From assembly GCA_963556905.1 (NCBI GenBank), contig CAUWAY010000001.1:23709-87708 (forward strand): 64,000 nt of DNA. The letters run 5' to 3'. The stretch is from an uncultured Clostridia bacterium (lineage in GTDB: Bacteria > Bacillota > Clostridia > TANB77 > CAG-508). A program made the translations under genes and the position numbers. The notes below the pieces were generated by a model that worked only from the letters and a program-made list of their open reading frames with translations, ran no database searches and had not been told where the DNA came from. Positions 1-9,500 of this stretch are shown here, in pieces; positions within the stretch are counted from its first letter, which is position 1; every line of letters starts with the position of its first letter.

Positions 1-1023
1 ATCTTCTTTTATTTCTATATCTGAAATTGATTTTTCTATTTTTATTACAGTTTCAAATAAATTTCTTCTTCCTTCTTGAATATATTGTCCCATTGAGTGT
101 AAGTCTGTTGTAAAATCTACTCCTGCTGGAAATATTCCTAGTTGGTCTTTTCCTTCACTTTCTCCAAATAGTTGTTTCCACCATTCTGTAAAATAATGCA
201 TTTTAGGTTCATAGTTTACTAATATTTCTGTATTTTTATATAATTTATATAATATATTTCTTACTACTGCATATTGATAACATGCATTATATTTTAAATT
301 TGAATCTTCATATTTTAATTGTGCTGTTCTTGCACCTTCCATTAATTTGTCTATATCTATTCCAGCTACTGCTATTGGTAATAGTCCTACTGCTGTTAAT
401 ACTGAGTATCTTCCTCCTACATTATTTGGAATTACAAAAGTTTCATATCCTTCGGAATTTGCTAATGTTTTTAATGCTCCTTTTTCCTTGTCTGTTGTAA
501 CGTATATTCTATTTCTGGCTTCTTCAATTCCATATCTATTTTCAAGTATTTCTCTAAATATTCTAAAAGCTATTGCAGGTTCTGTCGTTGTTCCAGATTT
601 TGATATTACATTTACTGAAAAATCTTTAGTTCCTAATACTTCAATTAAATCATTTATATAGTTCGGACTTAAATTATTTCCTACATACATTATTTGTGGA
701 TGTTTCCTTTTTTCTTCTGGCAACATGTTGTCAAATGTATTTGTTAGGCTTTCAATTACTGCTCTTGCACCTAAATATGAACCTCCTATTCCTATTACAA
801 CTAATACTTCTGAATCTTCTTGTATTCTTTGGGCTACTTCTTTTATTTTTTTTAGTTCTTCTTTATCATAATTTGTTGGTAATTCAAGCCAACCTATAAA
901 ATCTTCTTCACTATTAGCTCTCTTATGTAACTCTTGATGTATCTGTTCTACTTTTTCTTTGTACTGCATTATTGCTTTTTGCTCTATTCCTGAGTACTTT
1001 AAATTTAATTTTAGGTTTAACAT
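1..1023 (-). CDS. pgi: glucose-6-phosphate isomerase (N-terminal ~340 aa; C-terminus lies beyond window start)
   Basis: Not in the ORF track because it is open at the window edge. My own translation from ATG 1023..1021, behind an AAGGAG RBS, gives [15 protein letters not shown]...[14 protein letters not shown]...[10 protein letters not shown]...[14 protein letters not shown]...FGESEGKD, which are typical PGI signatures. Confidence 0.85.
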   Translation of the reverse strand, partial: MLNLKLNLKYSGIEQKAIMQYKEKVEQIHQELHKRANSEEDFIGWLELPTNYDKEELKKIKEVAQRIQEDSEVLVVIGIGGSYLGARAVIESLTNTFDNMLPEEKRKHPQIMYVGNNLSPNYINDLIEVLGTKDFSVNVISKSGTTTEPAIAFRIFREILENRYGIEEARNRIYVTTDKEKGALKTLANSEGYETFVIPNNVGGRYSVLTAVGLLPIAVAGIDIDKLMEGARTAQLKYEDSNLKYNACYQYAVVRNILYKLYKNTEILVNYEPKMHYFTEWWKQLFGESEGKDQLGIFPAGVDFTTDLHSMGQYIQEGRRNLFETVIKIEKSISDIEIKED

Positions 1024-1050
1024 AAATTCTTCTCCTTAATATAGTTTATT

Positions 1051-1716
1051 TTAATTTTTTTCTTTTAGTTCATCTATAATTATTTTATAATCTGATGCTT
1101 TTAGTATTGCTGTTCCTGAAACTAATATATTTGCTCCTGATTCTTTTACTCTTGGCGCTGTTTTTAAGTTTATTCCTCCATCTACTTCTATATCAATTTC
1201 TATTTTATTACTTTCTATATATTTTTTTAAAGTTTCTATTTTTGCTAGCATATCTGTTATTAATGTTTGACCACCTTTTCCTGGTTCTACTGTCATTATT
1301 AGACACATATGTATATATGGTAAATATTCATAAATTTTTTCTAATGGAGTTTCTGGTTTTATTGCAATTCCTACTCTTGCACCTTTTTCTTTTATTAATT
1401 GAATATTTTTCAATATTTCTTCTTTATTTTTACAGGCTTCTATATGAAATGTTATTATGTTTGGTTCAACTGCTGAAAATACCTCAATTCCTGTTGTTAT
1501 ATCTTCTACCATTAAATGTACATCTAATGGTAGATTTGATATTCTTTTTATGCATTCACTATATTCTCTCATGCTTTGGTATGTGTCTTTTTCTACAAAT
1601 TTTCCATCCATTACATCTATATGGAAATAATCTGTTTTGGCTTTTTCTAATAGTAAAAATGTTTCAGCTTCATTTCCTTTTTCAACTGATAATATTGATG
1701 TTGATATTTCTACCAT
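1051..1716 (-). CDS. rpe: ribulose-phosphate 3-epimerase
   Basis: 221-aa ORF with HIDVMDGKFV, LDVHLMV, MTVEPGKGGQ and VDGGIN motifs. It follows rsgA, which is the usual order. Confidence 0.9.
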   Translation of the reverse strand: MVEISTSILSVEKGNEAETFLLLEKAKTDYFHIDVMDGKFVEKDTYQSMREYSECIKRISNLPLDVHLMVEDITTGIEVFSAVEPNIITFHIEACKNKEEILKNIQLIKEKGARVGIAIKPETPLEKIYEYLPYIHMCLIMTVEPGKGGQTLITDMLAKIETLKKYIESNKIEIDIEVDGGINLKTAPRVKESGANILVSGTAILKASDYKIIIDELKEKN

Positions 1717-1731
1717 GTTTTTTTCTTCCTT

Positions 1732-2605
1732 TCATTTATATCTTTCTTTTTCCTTTAATTCTTCATATATTTTACAAAAATTTTCATATCTTTCTTTTGA
1801 AATTTTTCCTTTTTCTAGTGCTGTTTTTATTCCACAATTTATTTCTTTTAAATGCGTACATCCTACATATTCGCAATTTTTAATTTCATTTTTTATTTCT
1901 TTAAAATATTTATCTAATTCATTACTCTTAATTTCACTTACTTCAAAGCTTGAAAATCCTGGTGTGTCTGCAATATATGTGTTTTTTCTAAGTTCATATA
2001 ATTTTGTATCTGTTGTTGTGTTTTTTCCTTTTTTATTTTTTTTGCTTATTTCTCCTTCTTGAGTTTTTGTTATATTAAATATTAAATTTATAATACTTGA
2101 TTTTCCTACTCCTGAATTTCCTGAAAGAACACTGATTTTATTTTTTAATATTTGCTTGATTTCTTCTGTTCCGAATTTTTTCTTTAGCACTTGCTACAAT
2201 TACTTTATATCCAATTTTTGTATATATTTCTTTTATTTTTTTATAGTCTTCACTTAAGTCTATTTTATTAATAATTATAATTGATTGAATTTTTAGTTTT
2301 TCTGCATATGCTAATTGTTTGTCTAACATTAGTAAGTCTGGTTTTGGATTTTTTGTTGATATTATAAATATTATTTGATCTATGTTCGCAATTTTAGGTC
2401 TTTTTATGTAATTTTTTCTTAATAATATTTTTTCTATAATTGCTTCTTTTTTTTCTTCATTTGTTATTTGTATTTCTACATTATCACCTACTGCCGGTAC
2501 AATTTCTTCATTTTTTAGCTTTCCTCTTGCATATGCTTCATATTCATTGTTTTTTGTTTTTATTTTATATATATTTGATATATTTCCTATTATTTTTCCT
2601 TGCAT
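1732..2605 (-). CDS. rsgA: ribosome small-subunit biogenesis GTPase RsgA, frame broken once at att-CGG-A (extra C at 2173)
   Basis: ORFs 2138..2605 (OB-fold N-part, NKIDL G4 motif) and 1732..2190 (SGNSGVGKSS P-loop, DTPGF, C-x-H-x-C zinc knuckle) overlap. Skipping C2173 joins ..SAKEKI-G-TEEIKQILKNKISVLSG. Confidence 0.8.
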
Positions 2606-2685
2606 GTTTCTCCTTTTTTCTTTTTGTTCTAATATATCACATTTTTATATTAAAAACAATATTATTTCATTGTTTTATACCTGAT

Positions 2686-2721
2686 TTAAAAAAAGACCGC
2701 TATGCTTTTACATAGCGGTCT
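2686..2721 (-). terminator. rho-independent terminator after the S1-like gene
   Basis: Perfect 11-bp stem AGACCGCTATG/CATAGCGGTCT (2694..2721), followed on the minus strand by a T-run. Confidence 0.7.
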
Positions 2722-2726
2722 TCTCT

Positions 2727-3446
2727 TTAAGTAAAACTTAACTTAAATCCTTTGTCCTTTATTCTTACTATTTTTACAAAAACTTTTCTCCCTATTCTGT
2801 ATTTCCATGTGGGAGATATATCTAATATCCCTGCTACGGTTGGTGTCACTTCGCAAAATATTCCATCTCCTTTTTTGGTTAAATTCCCCAATTTTACTTG
2901 GATAATATCCCCCTCTTTAAATTTCCTTTTTTCATCTATTTTTCTACTTCCATAGAGAAAAATTTCCCCATTTTTCTCTACTTTTTCTATAATTTTTACA
3001 GGAAATTCTTCTCCTATTCTTACAACTTTTTTTAAGTCGTAAAATCTTGTTCTGCTGTAATTTACAGCAGAAACTACAATTGTTATGTCTTCATCTATTG
3101 TGCAATAGCACCCCCAGCTTTCAACTGCGGTAACTCTTGCAGTTTTTACTTCTCCTTCTTTTATTTTTTCTTTTTTATCTCTTAGATATCTTCTTTTTGA
3201 AAAAATAAAATTTTCGTTTTCCTTTCCAATTATCATCATTTTGGAGTTTTCAAAGAACTTCTTTACTCCTATTGGGAGTTTTGAATTTACTAACTGGCCT
3301 TCTAATTCAGTTTGTGGTATGATGCCACTCCACTCTTCTGTTTTTACTTTTATTAGTCTTTTTTCTTTATCCCAGTAACAATTTTCTACTGGAATTTCAA
3401 TAGCCTCCATTTTTTCCATTTTAGTCTCAAGTTCTTGTTTTGTCAT
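2727..3446 (-). CDS. S1/OB-fold-like RNA-binding repeat protein (uncertain)
   Basis: 239-aa ORF with two repeats resembling S1 domains (G.V..A.V..V..WG.Y..I; GDII.VK...L...GDGIF.EV). Family assignment is by eye only. Confidence 0.4.
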   Translation of the reverse strand: MTKQELETKMEKMEAIEIPVENCYWDKEKRLIKVKTEEWSGIIPQTELEGQLVNSKLPIGVKKFFENSKMMIIGKENENFIFSKRRYLRDKKEKIKEGEVKTARVTAVESWGCYCTIDEDITIVVSAVNYSRTRFYDLKKVVRIGEEFPVKIIEKVEKNGEIFLYGSRKIDEKRKFKEGDIIQVKLGNLTKKGDGIFCEVTPTVAGILDISPTWKYRIGRKVFVKIVRIKDKGFKLSFT

Positions 3447-3598
3447 TTTTTCTCTTCCTATTATTTAAGTTTGAATATTCGGACAAGTTTTAATTTTTTC
3501 ACCTTCCTTAATTAGTTAATTCAAGGTTTTATACAGAGAATTTCTCTATTTTTTATTATACAACATTTTACATAATTTTGCAACATTTTTTATTTTTA

Positions 3599-6500
3599 TT
3601 AAATTTCAACTTCTATATTAAAAATTTTTCCACATGGGTCTAAGATAATTTTATTTTCTATCTCTTCTCCATTTATTAATATCTTCTTTACTTCTGTTAA
3701 AGATTTTGAAATATTTCTTACTTTTATATTATATATGCTTTCACCAAACTTAAATCTCATGCTATATCCTTCCCAATTCTTAGGAATACATGGGTTTATA
3801 CTCATTGTATTATGATATATTCTTAGTCCTAGAATATATTCAATTCCCGCCAAGTAATACCAACTACTTGATCCTGTATACCAAGTCCAACCTCCTGCTC
3901 CTGCTAAATTCTGTGCACCATAAATGTCTGCTGCCATAACATATGGCTCAACTTTATATTTTCTGGATGATTCTTTTGTACGTGCATGTTCTATAGGATT
4001 AATCATTTTGTACCATTCTACTGCTTTGTCTCCATCTTTTAAAATTGCTTCTGCTATAATTGCCCAAATTGCTGCATGAGTGTATTGTCCACCGTTTTCA
4101 CGTACACCTGGTAAATATGCTTTAATATATCCTGGTTCAAGCTTTCCTTTGTCAAAAGGAGGATCTAATAATTTAATTATTCCATTTTCTCTATCAACTA
4201 AATGATTTTCTAAACTTTGCATTGCTATAACTGTTTTCTCATCTTCTCCAGCACCCGAAATAATTGACCAGCTCTGTGATATACTATCTATTCTGCATTC
4301 TTCATTTTCCATGCTACCATAAGTTTCTCCAAAATCTCCAAATGCTCTTTTATACCATCTTCCATCCCATGCATTTTTATTCAAATTATCTTGCAGATTT
4401 CTTGCTATATCTAAATATTTTTTACTTGTTTCGATATCATATTTTACATGATTCAAATCATTTTTATTTTCATCTTGCATAGGCATTTCCTGTTTCTGAG
4501 CAATTTTTGCAAATTCTTTTAAAATTTTATATAAGAAAAATCCTAACCATACACTTTCACCTTTGCCTTGTGGACCTATATTGCTAAATCCGTCATTCCA
4601 GTCTCCTATACCTATTTTAGGCAATCCATTTTCTCCAAAATTGCAGGCTCTATTAATCGCTTTTTTGCAATGATTATAAATTGTTTCTTCAATATCACTT
4701 AATATATATTTATCATACTTTTCTGTTTCATTTTCACTTAAAATAGCACCTTCCAAATACGGTGTTTTTACATTTAAAATACTATAATCTCCTGTATAAT
4801 TTATATATTGAATTACCGCATATGGAAGCCATAGTAAATCATCCGAAAATTTAGTTCTTATTCCTCTACCATTTTCTTCATGCCACCAATGTTGTACATC
4901 TCCTTCTAAAAATTGGTGTTTACTGTGTTTTATAATTTGATTTTTTAGAATATCACTATTTATATATTTAGTTGACAATGCATCTTGAAGTTGATCTCTA
5001 AATCCATATGCTCCTCCCGATTGATAAAATCCACTTTTTCCACATAGTCTACTTTCAATAGTTTGATACATAATCCAGCCATTTAACATTATATTTAAAG
5101 ATTCATATGGTGTATTTACTTGAATTTTTCCTAATGTTTCATTCCATTTATTTTTTACTTTTCCTAGTTCAATATAGCAATTTTGAATTTTGGAATATTT
5201 ATAAGCTATATCTTTTGCGTTTATTATATTATCTTCTGCACCTAATATTATTGAAACTTTTTTATCAGAGAAACTTTCAATTTCAATTTCTAATTCTATT
5301 GCTATACAAGTTTTCTTACCTATACCATTATCATTGTCTAGTCTCATACAGTGTAATCCATCTGGATTACTAATTCCGCCTTTCCCCATAAACTTTGATT
5401 TATTTCCAGTATAAGTTTTTATTTGCTCACTACTTGAAACATATATAACATTTCTAAATTCATCTGTTTTATATAAATTTTTTGCAATTAAAATATTTGA
5501 ATTTTCCTCATATTGTAATTTTATATATCCACTTGATTTTATTTCATCTTCACCCAATACTGGTTTTGTATAATATATAATTTTAATTTTTTTCTTTTTA
5601 GGTGCTATATTTTTTAATGTTAAAATATTTATTTTACAACTGTCTTCTTGAGGTACAAATAATTCTAATTCTTGGATTATATCATCACTTGCATGTATGA
5701 ATTTGGTATAGCCAAATCCATATACAGTATTGTAATTTTTACTATCTGGCATAGGCATTGCTGTTGGAGACCATATTCTTCCATTTTCTTCATCTTTCAA
5801 ATAAATTGTTTCTGAGGGAATATTTACAGAACTACTATTATGCCAACTTGTTACTCTATTTAATCTACTGTTTTTGTACCATGAATAGCCACCATTTGAT
5901 TCTGTAACCACTGTTCCAAAATTTTTATTTGCCATTATGTGACTCCATGTTGCTGGAACTTTATTTTCTTTATTTGTTTTTATCCAGTATTCTTTTCCAT
6001 CTTCTGAAAAAGCTCCATATTCATTATAATATTTTAGGTTTTGAGTATTACTTAGTAAGTCTATTTCTTGTGTCATATCATCATCTTCTATTGTTTCTTT
6101 TGAAAGTTCTATTGTTCTATAATTATCTAAGACTTCATCTTCCATATCTTTTATAATATTCTCTAGATTTCCTAAATGGCTGTCTATTACAATTGTTGAT
6201 ACAAATTTTATTAAATTTACATCTTGAATATCAATTTCACTTTTTGAAAGTATAAATATCCCTCCAAAAGTATTTTTCATATATGATAATTGACTATTCA
6301 AGATTACCCCTTCTACTTCATTTTTTACATAGTTTTCATAACTATAATCTTCTTCATCAATAATAACTAATTCTATTTTTAAATTTTTTGTTCTTAAATA
6401 TTCATACATCTTAACAACTTGTTCTACTACATATAAATCATTTACATATTTTATTGTTACAACTATAATAGGTAAGTCTCCTGAAATACCATATTTCCAT

Positions 6501-9500
6501 AAATTTGCTTGTTCATAAATTTTGTTTTCGAATTTTTCATTCTTATTTAATGGATTTTCAAATAAGATATATGATGCTATTGTTTGATAAATGTCTATGT
6601 CTTTTCCTTTTACATCTAAATATCTTGATTCTGCATCTACTTTTGCTTTTACTATTTCAAACTCTCTTGATACATTTTCTGTTATTTTATATTTTTCTAT
6701 ATTTTGAATTGCAATTTGCTTATTATATTCTACTGATAAAATTAAATCTATATAAACTTTTTCATTTGGTTTTACTTTTATTGTATTTTTAAGTGCTACT
6801 ATTCCTTCTGTTGTAAGTCCTATCTTTTTCGATAATGGTGCTGATTTTTTAATAGCATTTGGAAGTCCTAAATTGTTTCTTCCTATAAATCTTTCTTTAT
6901 CTATTTCAAATTCTGTTTCTCCTATTTTTTCGCAATTTGTTTGCATTTTGGCAATTAAATATAATTCTTTTTTGTTTGCCTCTCTATTTTTACGTTTTAA
7001 AAGAATCGCATCTAGTTTTTCATCATATTCATATATTAAAAATAAATTATTAAAAGCTTGATGTGCATAATCTTGTTCTTTTTTTGATAGTACTGGTTCA
7101 AAAAAACCTGTGACTTCAAATATTTTTTCTTGGTTACTATTATTTTTTATTTCTAGTCTTCTTATTTCAACAGGTTCATTTGCATCTACTGTAATTTCTA
7201 ATTTGGTTTTTATATCTTCATTTTCTTTTTCAAATTGATTTTTATCTGGCATAAAGTCTATAGTAAATTTGTCACAATTTTTATTTCCTGTTGCAGACCA
7301 AATTTGATTTGTTTGTATATCTTTTATATAAATAAATATTCCTTGCTCATAATCATCTGTTTTTTTAAATCTATTTATATAATTTCCATCAAATTTACTA
7401 ACTCCTATTCCTTTTTGATTTATTGCTATATTGTATTTTTCATTTCCTATTAGATTTCCTCTTTCTACTCTTTCATCTATTTTTGTATATTCTCTTATAC
7501 TATAATTTTCATAATCTTTATATTTAATTTTTTCTGGCTTTTCTTTATTTTCTTTAGTTATTATAAATGTTTCTGGCATTCTTTCTTGTAGTAAAATATT
7601 TACAGCCTGAATTTCTGGATTTTTCATAAATCTTTCCTGAAAAATTTTCTCATTAAATAGATTATTTATTGAAAGTAATATTAATGCTTGATGATGTGCC
7701 ATATATGTTTTTACTGGTTCAGATTTTTTCCCTTTAGATAGTCTTTCAGGAGTATAATCTATCGATTCATAAAAACCATATTTATCATACATTCCTTCTT
7801 TTTCTAGTTTTTTTAAGTTTTCGACTACCTCTTTAGGCTTATCTGTTATAGCAAGTATACTTCCATAACTTGCTACTACCATTTCATCTTCAAGCCCTCT
7901 TTTTAGTCCTAGCCATGGTATTCCAAATGCTTTATATTGATAATTAGAATGTAAGTCTTTTAAATTAAATGCTGATTCTGATATTCCCCATGGTATTCCT
8001 AGTTTTTGACTATATTCTATTTGGTTCATTATTAAGAATTTACAAGATTCATCTAATAAACTCCCCTCATATCTTTTTACATTTATATTTGGCATTAAAT
8101 ATTCAAATGCTGTTCCTGACCATGAAATTAGTCCTTTATATTTTTTTAGTACTGTTAAAGTTCTACTTAAATTGTTCCAATGTTTTGGTGATATATCTTT
8201 TTTGGCTATTGCAACTAAACTTGCTTGCCTTGCTTCTGATGCTAATAAGTCATAATATGAATCTGTCAATTTATTTTCTTCTACATTATATCCTATTGAA
8301 AATAGGCTTTGTTCGTCATTATATAATACTTTAAAATTTGTTTCTTCTATCATTTTTGAAAGTTTTGTTATTAGTTCTTGAATTTCATTTACATCTATAT
8401 TTTCTTGTTTTAATTGTTTTTCTTCAATTTCTTCATATTTATCGTTGATTTCTTGCAAAAAAGCTTTTGTTGTAAACATATAACCTACTAAATTTCCACT
8501 ATCTACTGTTGATACATATCTTGGATTTAGAGGAGTTTTATTTTTTATATTATACCAATTATATAGGTGCCCATTCCACTTTGGCAATTCATAAATACTG
8601 TTAATAATATTTTTTAATAAATTTATCGTATCTTCTAGATTTTCAAATCCTAAATCATAACTCGAAATTACAGCAAGCAATGATAATCCTATATTTGTTG
8701 AAGAGGTTCTAGAAACAACTATTTCTTTTCTTTCTTCTTGATAATTATCTGGAATTAGATAATTATTTTTAGGTGTAATATAGTCCTTAAAAAATTTCCA
8801 TGTTTTTTGTGATATTTGTTTTATATATGTTTTTTCTTTTTCTTCTAATTTTTCAACAGTTTTGTTTTTTATTGGTATTTTGCTTATTTGATACATTATA
8901 TAAGGAGAAGTTCCCCATAAAATCCCAAGAATTAATAGTATCATATTATTATTTATTATTGAACTAATTATTGCTAAAATACCCATTATTATATTTATAA
9001 ACATCATATTGTAATATGTTGATAATTTAGTTTGTGCTTGTTTTTCCGCTTCTTCTGACGTCATCCATTCTAATAAATGTTTATGAGATATATTTACTCT
9101 GTATATTGTTTTTAAAATTGCTTTTAATTCTTCATAAGCTTTATGTGGCAAGCAACCTAATGTTAAGATTGCTCTATATATTGCTCCTTTATATCCATTT
9201 ATATGTGTTGCATAAGTTTTTTGTTTCTTTTCCCCTTCTTTTTTTGAGAAAACTCTAGTCATCATTTCCAGTAAAAACGGATAAATTGTAATTATTAAAG
9301 TTATTATTAATAGCAATTTAGAATTGCTTAATCCAATTATAGTCCAACATATTAATAAAATTATCGAAGTTTCAAATAGGCTTCTTCTTAAATTATCCAA
9401 TATCTTAAATTTTGACAATAAATTCAAATTACTATTATTTATCCACTTTGAAATTTGCCAATCTCCTCTTGTCCAACGAACAAGTCTATTAATAAAACTT

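Noticed and set aside
1095-1883. Long plus-strand ORFs antisense to real genes (for example 1095..1883, 12830..13273, 15855..16616, 19895..20509, 20547..21137, 54748..55272, 57672..58232, and the other L/F/I-rich entries)
   Set aside because: They are Leu/Phe/Ile-rich translations typical of the antisense strand of AT-rich genes. They have no RBS and no recognisable motifs, and each lies fully inside a well-supported minus-strand gene.
2170-2182. The rsgA break explained as a simple A6-versus-A5 homopolymer error (gaa aaa ttc gga would also restore the frame)
   Set aside because: I cannot exclude this for that one site. It cannot explain the other four breaks, which are not in homopolymers and share the identical C-GGA form, so I kept rsgA in the CGG-A set while flagging the ambiguity.
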